NCBI GenBank assembly: GCA_018302745.1
Contig: JAGVZH010000014.1
Span: 1-37,235, forward strand
Length of the DNA stretch: 37,235 bases
Origin: Candidatus Woesearchaeota archaeon
GTDB lineage: Archaea > Nanobdellota > Nanobdellia > SCGC-AAA011-G17 > JAGVZH01
Reading direction: 5' to 3'
The notes beneath the pieces are model-generated. The model was not told where the DNA came from, ran no database searches, and was given only the letters and a program-made list of their open reading frames with translations. The translations under genes and the position numbers were made by a program. Shown here piece after piece: positions 23,368-31,591 of this stretch. Numbering within the stretch: position 1 is the first letter of the stretch; each line of letters opens with the position of its first letter.

Positions 23368-24083
23368 AAAACTTCCCCTTCAGACATTCAACATTGTCAG
23401 AAAGAAAAGAATTTTATGAAAAAGAATTTTCTGTTAGCAAAATTAAAAAATGGTTTAAGTCAAATAATCTTCCTTTGCCCCAGTTATGCGCATTAGACCC
23501 TGGAAGTGAAACCAAGATTATTCTGGATAAAAAGTTAAAAAATAACTTGCTTTACTTCTCATTTAATCAATTGCCTAGAAAGATAAAGCAGTATATTCCA
23601 GAGGATGTTTATTATGATAGAAATATTTACAAAGATTATAAAAAAATCCTAAAAACGCTCAAATTTAATAATTACATTTCTCAAGAATTGGCATTTGATG
23701 TAGATGCAGATAATATAATATGTGATCATCCTAAAAATAAAAGTGTCTGCAAAAAATGCCTGAATAAAATTTACAAAGCTGCATTAAAAATGAAAGGGGA
23801 AATTAATGATTTGGGATTTAAAAAAATAGAGATTGTTTATTCTGGAAGAGGATTCCATGTTCATGTTATGGACAAAAAAGCTTCTTTATTATCTGTAAAG
23901 GAAAGAAGTTCATTAAATAAAAAATTTAAAAAATTTCCTATTGATCCTTGGGTTTCAAGAGGATATATAAGGCTGATAAGAATGCCCTACTCTTTAAATT
24001 CGTTAGTATCAAGAAAAACAATGCCAATAAAAACAAAAAAATTTAGTTCAAAAACAGGAGTCCCTAAGTTTCTGAAGAATTAA
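23364..24083 (+). CDS. priS: Compact archaeo-eukaryotic primase, PriS-like
   Basis: 239 aa. AEP motifs are present: LAFDVDAD (DxD), SGRGFHVHV and LIRMPYSLN. There is a Cys knuckle CDHPKNKSVCKKC. It overlaps gatE by ATGA. Confidence 0.7.
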   Translation: MKNFPFRHSTLSERKEFYEKEFSVSKIKKWFKSNNLPLPQLCALDPGSETKIILDKKLKNNLLYFSFNQLPRKIKQYIPEDVYYDRNIYKDYKKILKTLKFNNYISQELAFDVDADNIICDHPKNKSVCKKCLNKIYKAALKMKGEINDLGFKKIEIVYSGRGFHVHVMDKKASLLSVKERSSLNKKFKKFPIDPWVSRGYIRLIRMPYSLNSLVSRKTMPIKTKKFSSKTGVPKFLKN

Positions 24084-24193
24084 GCTCTTCTGCTTTTCTT
24101 TCCGTAATAGCTTCTTTTTTTCTTAGAAGCGCTTCTTGAAGTTCTTGCTCTTGAAGATACTCTCTTTGAAGCTTTCTTTCTTTTTGCAGCCAT
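24080..24193 (-). CDS. Very basic 37-aa protein (possible small ribosomal or nucleic-acid-binding protein)
   Basis: My own translation is MAAKRKKASKRVSSRARTSRSASKKKRSYYGKKSRRA. Its stop shares a TTAA with the priS stop, as at two other convergent gene pairs in the window. Confidence 0.35.
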   Translation of the reverse strand: MAAKRKKASKRVSSRARTSRSASKKKRSYYGKKSRRA

Positions 24194-24258
24194 AGCAACA
24201 CCTCTTTTGTTTTTATTTAATTAGATTCTAAAGTATATAAAATTTGCGTTAAGCAATA

Positions 24259-24268
24259 TTTAAATATA
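24259..24268 (+). promoter_or_regulatory. TATA-like box upstream of the acyl-lipid operon
   Basis: tttaaatata lies 21-30 nt upstream of the ATG at 24289. Confidence 0.4.
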
Positions 24269-24288
24269 AAAGAATATTAATAATAAGA

Positions 24289-26643
24289 ATGAGCAAAAAA
24301 GAAGAGTCAATTCAAAATTTAATTCTGAATTATTTAAAGAGAAATAAAAATAAGAAAGTAATAGCAATAAGAATAGGCTATAGAACATTTTATGCTACAG
24401 GAAAAAGTCTTTCAGAAAAAATAGCTAAAATTCAGGAGCTTTTTAAAAATGAAAATATCTCAAAGGGGGATAAGATAATTATTTTTGGAAAGAATTCAAT
24501 AGAATGGATATCTGTTTATTTTGCTTCAATTTTGTCAGGGACTATAATAATTCCATTGGATTTATTAACAGACCATTCTTTACTAAAAAAAATTCAGAAA
24601 CAGGTTAATGCAAAAGCCATCTTTCAGGACTCTAATTTAGTAAGATTAAAGCCTGTTAAAAAATTTTATCTTGATAATCTTGATGATAGTCTAAGATTAC
24701 TTAAAAATGAGGCAATATACTCTGAGAATATACTTGATGATGACATTTTGGAAATAATTTACACTTCTGGCTCAACAGGAGATCCAAAAGGAGTTGTCTT
24801 AACAAATAAAAATATAACCTCTGGATTAAATTCTGCTAGATCTTCAGTAAAGTTAAATTTTAAACTGAAAATTCTTAATCTTCTTCCATTAAGCCATATT
24901 CTTTCCCAGATCTATGGCTTATTTCTTTTGATGCATTCAAACAATCAGATTTATTTCATGGATTCTATAAAATCAAAAAAAATAATTTCATTTATAAGAA
25001 ATAAAAAAATTAACGGGGCTATTTTAGTTCCAGGAATTTTAAGGGCTTTAAAAAAAGATCTTGAAAATAAATCATTTATCTCAAACTTAGGACTGCAATT
25101 CAGATTTTTTGGAGTCGGAGGATCTTTTTTAGACAATGAATTAGAAAAATGGTTCAGAAGACATCTTATTTTAGTAATTCAGGGATATGGATTAACAGAA
25201 ACTTCATCTGTCCTAACTACAAATACTCTATTTTCCCAAAAAGTGGGAAGTGTTGGTAAGATAGCAAAAGATGTGGATGTTAAAATTTCAGAAGATGGAG
25301 AAATTTTAGTAAAAGGTAATAATGTAACATCCTGTTATTATAAAGATTCTGAAAAAACAAAAGATTCATTTGAAGGACAATGGTTTAAAACAGGTGATTT
25401 GGGATATTTAAAGGATAATTATATTTATCTCAAAGGGAGGAAAAAAGATATTATCATAACAGGCACAGGCCTTAATGTTTATCCTTCCGATATAGAAAAA
25501 GTTTTAAACAAATTTCCGGAAGTAAAAGAAAGCTGTGTTCTGGAAAAAAACGATAAAATACATGCTGTATTAATATTAAAGAAAAAAACTGATTTAAACA
25601 AACTGGTAAAAGGGGCAAATTCCATGCTTCTTGCACACCAAAAAATTTCATCTTATTCTTTATGGCATGAAAATAATTTTCCTAAAACAAATACTGGAAA
25701 GATAAAAAAATTCATTGTTTCCGAAGAATTGGAAAAAATAAAAGCAAGATCATATTTTTATAAAGAAGAATTGCATAAAATAATAAATAATGTTCTGAAT
25801 CCTTCCAATAAGATTAAAGAAAACTCAAAGCTTTCTGACTTAGGTATGGATTCTTTGAGAAGAATAGAGCTTATTTCTGAAATAGAAGATGAATTTGGGA
25901 TTGGATTAAATGAAGCTGATATAAACCAGTATACAAAAGTTTCTGATCTAAGAAAATTAATGGCAAAAGAAAAGTTAGAGGAAATAAAGTTCAAAAAATG
26001 GCAGTTAAATCCTTTAGTAAGAATTTTTGGAAACATATTAAGAGTAATTATTTCATATCCTTTAGTCTTTAGCTTTGCAAAAGTCTCATATGAAGGCCTT
26101 GAAAATCTTAAAGATTTAAAGTATCCGGTAATATTTGCAAGCAATCACCAAAGTGCATGGGATCCTGTTGTAATAATAAAGTCTATAAAAACTAGAACTG
26201 CGATTCCCACACATCCAATGATTTTCGGAATAGGAGTTAAAAAGCATAAATTAAAAAGAAAAATTAGGGGTTTTTTAGCATCTTTAGCCTTTAATGCCTA
26301 TCCTTTTGGAGAAAAAATAGGAACAGAAAAAAGCTTAGAGTTTACAGCAGAGATGATAGATGATAATTACAGTATTTTAATATTTCCCGAAGGCAGAAGG
26401 ACAAATGACGGAAAAATAAAGCCTTTTATGCAGGGAATAGGATATCTTGCTTTAGCCATGAACTTGCCGATAATTCCAGTAAAGATTTCGGGCTTATTTG
26501 ATATTCTTCCGATAAATAAAACAATGCCAAAAAAAGGCAAGGTTATTGTAAAGTTTGGAAAGCCAATAAATCAGGATAAATTAAAAAACATTTCTTATAT
26601 TAAAGCGACTAAATTAATTGAAAAAAAGGTTAAAGAACTATGA
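24289..26643 (+). CDS. Tri-domain fusion of acyl-AMP/CoA ligase, acyl carrier domain and PlsC-type acyltransferase
   Basis: 784 aa. Ligase motifs are TSGSTGDPKG (24763-24792), GYGLTETS, WFKTGDLG and NTGKIKK. The carrier motif is LGMDSLRRIEL, with the Ser codon at 25852-25854. Acyltransferase motifs are NHQSAWD (HX4D, 26143-26163) and FPEGRR (26383-26397). Confidence 0.85.
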   Translation: MSKKEESIQNLILNYLKRNKNKKVIAIRIGYRTFYATGKSLSEKIAKIQELFKNENISKGDKIIIFGKNSIEWISVYFASILSGTIIIPLDLLTDHSLLKKIQKQVNAKAIFQDSNLVRLKPVKKFYLDNLDDSLRLLKNEAIYSENILDDDILEIIYTSGSTGDPKGVVLTNKNITSGLNSARSSVKLNFKLKILNLLPLSHILSQIYGLFLLMHSNNQIYFMDSIKSKKIISFIRNKKINGAILVPGILRALKKDLENKSFISNLGLQFRFFGVGGSFLDNELEKWFRRHLILVIQGYGLTETSSVLTTNTLFSQKVGSVGKIAKDVDVKISEDGEILVKGNNVTSCYYKDSEKTKDSFEGQWFKTGDLGYLKDNYIYLKGRKKDIIITGTGLNVYPSDIEKVLNKFPEVKESCVLEKNDKIHAVLILKKKTDLNKLVKGANSMLLAHQKISSYSLWHENNFPKTNTGKIKKFIVSEELEKIKARSYFYKEELHKIINNVLNPSNKIKENSKLSDLGMDSLRRIELISEIEDEFGIGLNEADINQYTKVSDLRKLMAKEKLEEIKFKKWQLNPLVRIFGNILRVIISYPLVFSFAKVSYEGLENLKDLKYPVIFASNHQSAWDPVVIIKSIKTRTAIPTHPMIFGIGVKKHKLKRKIRGFLASLAFNAYPFGEKIGTEKSLEFTAEMIDDNYSILIFPEGRRTNDGKIKPFMQGIGYLALAMNLPIIPVKISGLFDILPINKTMPKKGKVIVKFGKPINQDKLKNISYIKATKLIEKKVKEL

Positions 26644-26972
26644 AAATAAGAATAGGATGCGATATAGTAAAAATCAGCAGATTTGATAATATCAAGAAGA
26701 AAACTCTGGAAAGAATATTCCACAAAAATGAAATTAAAAAATCAAAAATGAATCCAGAAACTCTTGCAGGGATTTTTGCTGCAAAGGAAAGCTGCAAAAA
26801 AGTCTTTAATGATATTAATTGGCATGATATAGAAATTAAGAAGAAAAGAAATGGCAAACCTTTGCTTATCTTAGGAAAAGACAAAGGCGTAGCAAGTTCT
26901 GACTTAAGCATTAGTCATGATGGAGATTATGCTATAGCCAGTGTGGTTTTTTTAATTCGTGAGGTTCAATAA
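26640..26972 (+). CDS. acpS: Holo-ACP synthase (AcpS-type 4'-phosphopantetheinyl transferase)
   Basis: 110 aa. It has IGCDIVKISRF, FAAKESCKK and LSISHDGDYAIASV, matching the AcpS pattern (G.D.v...R...., .A.KEA..KA, .S.SH....A.A). It overlaps the upstream gene by ATGA. Confidence 0.8.
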   Translation: MKIRIGCDIVKISRFDNIKKKTLERIFHKNEIKKSKMNPETLAGIFAAKESCKKVFNDINWHDIEIKKKRNGKPLLILGKDKGVASSDLSISHDGDYAIASVVFLIREVQ

Positions 26973-27809
26973 TGGCTACTTCAATATGGATTATTTTAAG
27001 AATAATTCGGTTGATACTGTGTTTAATTTTTTTTAAGTATCCATCCTCCCAAGCATTCCGATAAAGATATTCCCTCAAATTATGGCTTAAAATATGATAA
27101 TATATCTTTTATGACATCTGACGGAATAAAGATAAAGGCTTGGTTGATTACCTCTAAGAAGGCCAGTGGAACTGTAATAATCGGTCATGGATATCCTTTT
27201 AATAAAGGGAACATACTGCATGTTGCAAAATTTCTTTATCCTGATTATAATCTCGTTTTTTATGATCACAGGTATTTTGGTGAAAGCTCTGGATTTATAA
27301 CTACTGTTGGCTTTAAGGAAGTAAAAGATATAGAGGCCACTATAAAATTTGTAAAGGAAAGATTTGGTAAAAAAGAGCCTATCGCACTATATGGATTTTC
27401 TCTTAGTGCATCAGCAATGATCATGTCTAAGGCAGATGTCAATGCAATTATAGCTGATTCATCATATGCTGATTTGAGTAGAATGATAGAGCACACATAT
27501 TCAATATTTGGTTTTTTAAAATATCCTTTCGTTAAAACTACGGAACTTTATTCTATAATATTTTTAAATATCCATCCTAAAGAAGTTTCTCCAGCTTTGG
27601 CTATTAAAGACACTAATGTACCTTTGTTTGTTATTCATGGAGAAAAAGATAGCCAAATTCCGGTTGAAAATGCATATGCATTAAAAGAAAGCAATCCTAA
27701 TATAGAACTTTGGATAGCGAATGGTAGTGATCACGGTCAAGCTTATGCCCTTTACAAAGATGAATATACTAGTAGAATTAAATCATTTTTGGAAAAACAT
27801 ATGAAATGA
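26972..27809 (+). CDS. Membrane-anchored alpha/beta hydrolase (esterase/lipase-like), split by a frameshift in a T8 run
   Basis: Track ORF 27111..27809 has the nucleophile elbow YGFSLSA, plus HGEKDS and GSDHG (Ser-Asp-His). That frame stays open upstream to 27027 without an ATG. A second frame from the ATG at 26972 (TAATG overlap with acpS) encodes the TM helix MATSIWIILRIIRLILCLIFF. The two frames meet at tttttttt, 27027-27034. Confidence 0.7.
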
Positions 27810-29029
27810 AATCGTTAAAAAAACAAATATTTGGCTGGAGCATGTATGATTTTGCCAATACCATCTTCTCTGCCTTGTTTATTACTGTTTATTTTCCTTT
27901 GTTTGTAGTTCTTAATGGAGGCACTTCTTTTTATGTAGGACTAACAATGTCTATATCTATGTTGTTGGCAGGATTGCTAGTTCCTTTTTTAGGGGCAATT
28001 GCGGATATTACTCAAAGAAAGAAGCTTTTGCTGTTTATTTTTACATTATTATCCTGCATATTTACACTATTTACCGGACTTTTTGACTTAACTTTGATTT
28101 TAATATTAGGCTTACTTGCAAATTTCTTTTATCATGCAAGTTTGGATGTTTATGACTCTTTGCTTGTTGATATCTCAAGTAAAAAAAATATTGGGTGGAT
28201 ATCTGGAATAGGAACTGCTGTTGGTTATTTAGGGACTATATTAAGCGTTGCAATAGCTTATATTGTCGGATTAATTTATGGTTTTGAAACTACGCAGGGA
28301 ATAAGAATAATATTTTTATTAGTAGCAATATTATTTTTTAGTATTTCTCTAATTACCTTTTTTTATGTTAAAATAACTTCAAAGGTTAAAATCAAAAAAG
28401 AGCATTTTTCTGAAGCTTTTAAAAGAGTAATTTTTACAATTAAGAATATCAAACAATTTAAGCATATAGGGATATTTTTATTAGCTTCATTTTTATATAT
28501 GGATGCGGCTAATACCTCAATAATCTTTTTATTCTTATATGGCAGGGACCAATTAGGCTTAAGCCTAGTTCAGTTTCTTCCCCTTTATGTCTTGATGGCT
28601 ATAGCTGCTTTTATTGGTTCTTTGATTTTTGGAAAAATAACAGATAAAGTTGGCCATAAGAAAACATTAACTATGGTTTTATTTTTATGGGTTTTAGTTA
28701 TTTTGAATTTATATATAAAAACAACATATACAACATTCATAATTACAGGCATTTTCGGAGGAGCTTTATTGGGAGGCATATGGACAATTACAAGGCCTAT
28801 CCTGGTTGAATTATCGCCAAAGGCTAAAATAGCAGAATTATTTGGATATCAGGGATTAACTGAAAAATTTTCAGGCGTAATAGGACCGGCATTATTTGGC
28901 TATGTAGCTACTTTCATTGATTTTAGACAGGCTCTTTTGGTTGTCATTGGCTTATTCTTAGCAGGAGCATTAGTTCTTTCATTTGTTAAGAAAAATAAGG
29001 AAAAGTATTTAAATAAAGATTTAGGATAA
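27806..29029 (+). CDS. MFS permease, UMF1/Atg22-like
   Basis: 407 aa with multiple TM helices. The N-terminal GWSMYDFANTIFSALF matches the W.(L/M)YD.AN(S/T) signature of that MFS family. It overlaps the hydrolase gene by ATGA. Confidence 0.65.
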   Translation: MKSLKKQIFGWSMYDFANTIFSALFITVYFPLFVVLNGGTSFYVGLTMSISMLLAGLLVPFLGAIADITQRKKLLLFIFTLLSCIFTLFTGLFDLTLILILGLLANFFYHASLDVYDSLLVDISSKKNIGWISGIGTAVGYLGTILSVAIAYIVGLIYGFETTQGIRIIFLLVAILFFSISLITFFYVKITSKVKIKKEHFSEAFKRVIFTIKNIKQFKHIGIFLLASFLYMDAANTSIIFLFLYGRDQLGLSLVQFLPLYVLMAIAAFIGSLIFGKITDKVGHKKTLTMVLFLWVLVILNLYIKTTYTTFIITGIFGGALLGGIWTITRPILVELSPKAKIAELFGYQGLTEKFSGVIGPALFGYVATFIDFRQALLVVIGLFLAGALVLSFVKKNKEKYLNKDLG

Positions 29030-29061
29030 AATAAAAAAGTGATGCATTAGAAGAGACTAAG

Positions 29062-29295
29062 ATGAAAAACCTTAATATTTTTTTGTATACTGCGATTGTT
29101 GTTGTTCTTTTAATTGCAGCTGTTTTAATACAGGAAAAAAGAATGGAATTGGAAGCAAAGGAAATATGTCAAAAAAATAACCTGAGCTATCAAAGCAAAA
29201 TAAAAGAAAACTCTTTTCAATTAAAAGCTGCTTTATGCAAATCAGGATGCAATAATGATTTCTGCAAGGTTAGCTTTTACCAGATTAAACCATAA
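29062..29295 (+). CDS. Small N-terminally anchored Cys-containing protein
   Basis: 77 aa with one TM helix and 4 Cys in the exposed part. It overlaps the convergent UbiB gene by 11 nt. Confidence 0.4.
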   Translation: MKNLNIFLYTAIVVVLLIAAVLIQEKRMELEAKEICQKNNLSYQSKIKENSFQLKAALCKSGCNNDFCKVSFYQIKP

Positions 29296-30934
29296 CTTTT
29301 TTATTTCTTATCCCTGAATAAAGCAAGATTACTAGTAGAATAGATGCCATAAAAAATCCGAAGTATGCTATTAAATTAGCCCTTCCAGAATTTAATACCA
29401 AACCAGAGCCGATAATCAAAGCAGCAGTAATGACGCCCAAAACAATCTTATTGCTGCTTCTTCCAACTTCCCTTTCAAGCTCAGCAACATCCTTATGCTC
29501 TAACTGTAGCTTTAGCTGCCCTTCTTTTAATCTTTCTAGAATCTCTGATGTATGCTTTGGAAGTTTACTGAAATCTTTTCTTAAGTTAAGTAAATCCAGT
29601 AAAGTTCCCTTAAATAATTTTAATGGGCTTATTCTTTTTTTGATAAGATGCTCTACATAAGGTCTTGACTCTTCAATAAGATTAAACTTAGGATCTAATT
29701 CCCTTCCCAATCCCTCTGCTGTTATCATGCCTTTGCTTAATAACACTAGATCAACAGGAATCTTTGCTCCGTATTTAACTCCAAGATTCATAACACTATA
29801 CAAAAGTCTTCCTGGATTTATATCTTCTAATCTCCTGTCATAATACTCACCAAGATAATCAATCAGGTCTTCCCTGAACTCATGGTTATCAACTTCCCTG
29901 CTTATTATTCCTATGCTGGCAAACCCATTTACAATCCCTTCCATGTCTTTTCTTATCAAAGCTATGAACAAATCAGTCAGATTTTCTCTTGTTTCCTCAT
30001 CTAACTTTCCAACTATCCCAAAATCCAAAAAAGCAATTCTGTCAGACCTTAAAACTAGAATATTTGCAGGATGAGGGTCTGCATGAAAAAAGCCAAATTC
30101 AAAAACCTGTTTAAAAAAGCTGTTCACTATTGTCTTTGCTATCTTCCCCCTGTCAAACTGCCCCTTAATCTCTCCTATTTTCATGCCTTCGATAAAGCTC
30201 ATAGTCAAAACTCTTTTTGAGCTGTAATCCCAGTAAACTTTAGGAACCCTTACTGCAAAATCATCTTTAAAATTTCTATAAAATCTTGAGATATGCCTTC
30301 CTTCAACAGTATAATCCAATTCTTCTTTTGTATATCTCTCAAATTCCCTGATGATTTCCTTGAGATTTATATTTTTCAGCTTTTCACTATGTGCAGAAAA
30401 TAGTTCTTCTAAATGGTACATTATGTCAATATCGTCCCTTATCATCTCTTTTATGTCTGGCCTTTGAACTTTAACAGCTACTCTTTCTCCATTTTTCAGA
30501 ATAGCCTCGTGAACCTGTCCAATAGAGGCAGATGCTATGGGAATTTCTTTAAAAGATGTAAATATTTCATTAAATTCCTGCTTAAGGTCTTTTTTTATTA
30601 TTTCTTTTACCTTGTCAAATGAAAAACTAGCAATATCATCTCTTAATTTTCTAAATTCCTTGCAATATTCTTCATTAATTAAATCTGGTCTTAAGCTTAA
30701 CAATTGTCCAAGTTTAACGAAAGTAGGTCCTAATTCCTCAAAAGCTTTTCTTAATCTGACGCTGTCACTTTGCTTCATAGTCAGAATTTTATCAGCAAAT
30801 CTCTGTCTTCCCATATATGGCAGATAAGAATGCAGTTTTAAGTCCTCAAAAAAGTGGCCAAATCCATATTTTGTAAAAACAGTGACTATCTTCCTTATTC
30901 TGTTAGCGTCTCTGAAGCCCTGAACAATCCCCAT
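29285..30934 (-). CDS. UbiB/ABC1-family atypical protein kinase
   Basis: 549 aa. It has ELGPTFVKLGQLLSLRPDL, ASIGQVHEA, VAVKVQRP and HADPHPANILV, with C-terminal TM helices. Confidence 0.85.
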   Translation of the reverse strand: MGIVQGFRDANRIRKIVTVFTKYGFGHFFEDLKLHSYLPYMGRQRFADKILTMKQSDSVRLRKAFEELGPTFVKLGQLLSLRPDLINEEYCKEFRKLRDDIASFSFDKVKEIIKKDLKQEFNEIFTSFKEIPIASASIGQVHEAILKNGERVAVKVQRPDIKEMIRDDIDIMYHLEELFSAHSEKLKNINLKEIIREFERYTKEELDYTVEGRHISRFYRNFKDDFAVRVPKVYWDYSSKRVLTMSFIEGMKIGEIKGQFDRGKIAKTIVNSFFKQVFEFGFFHADPHPANILVLRSDRIAFLDFGIVGKLDEETRENLTDLFIALIRKDMEGIVNGFASIGIISREVDNHEFREDLIDYLGEYYDRRLEDINPGRLLYSVMNLGVKYGAKIPVDLVLLSKGMITAEGLGRELDPKFNLIEESRPYVEHLIKKRISPLKLFKGTLLDLLNLRKDFSKLPKHTSEILERLKEGQLKLQLEHKDVAELEREVGRSSNKIVLGVITAALIIGSGLVLNSGRANLIAYFGFFMASILLVILLYSGIRNKKVMV

Positions 30935-31023
30935 AAATATGTTTAAGATACTTAATTTATATATTTATCTTTTTGAACTTTTTGAACAGAAAACTTATAA
31001 AACCCTGATTTCACCCTTATCTT

Positions 31024-31590
31024 ATGATTGACAGAAAGCATTTTGAGGCTTTAAAAAAAGAGCTCAAACAATTTGGAATAAAAAGAGAACATGCGATAAG
31101 AGATTCTAGGGAAGTAATCAACCTTTCCAAGCAGATTATCCATTATATCCATAGAAATGAGTTCAAAAGAACAAATGCATTAATAAGCAAAATAAAAAAT
31201 AAAGTTAAGAAAATTCCTAAACATGCTTTAGATACAGACATAAACAGAGTCGCCTTACAAGAATATGTTGAGGCAATGGCATACCATCATTTTGTCAAGT
31301 ATAAAAAATTAATTTCAAAGTCAAAATTAAAAGTGGATGCAGAGTCTTATTTATTGGGATTGGCTGATTTGTCAGGAGAACTAGTAAGAAGGGCAGGAGC
31401 TGAAATAATAAGAAAAAACTACAAGGAAGCTGAAAGAATCAAGAAATTTGTAAACCTTCTTTACGGAGAATTTCTTGGGCTTGACCTAAGAGGCTCTGAT
31501 CTAAGAAAAAAGTCAGATGCTTTAAGGTGGAATCTTAAAAAATTAGAAGAGACTATGCTGGATTTTACAAGAGCAATAAGAGGAAGATAA
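31024..31590 (+). CDS. Translin-family protein
   Basis: 188 aa, all-helical. QEYVEAMAY and SYLLGLADLSGELVRRA resemble the translin/TRAX core motif. Confidence 0.55.
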   Translation: MIDRKHFEALKKELKQFGIKREHAIRDSREVINLSKQIIHYIHRNEFKRTNALISKIKNKVKKIPKHALDTDINRVALQEYVEAMAYHHFVKYKKLISKSKLKVDAESYLLGLADLSGELVRRAGAEIIRKNYKEAERIKKFVNLLYGEFLGLDLRGSDLRKKSDALRWNLKKLEETMLDFTRAIRGR

Positions 31591-31591
31591 A

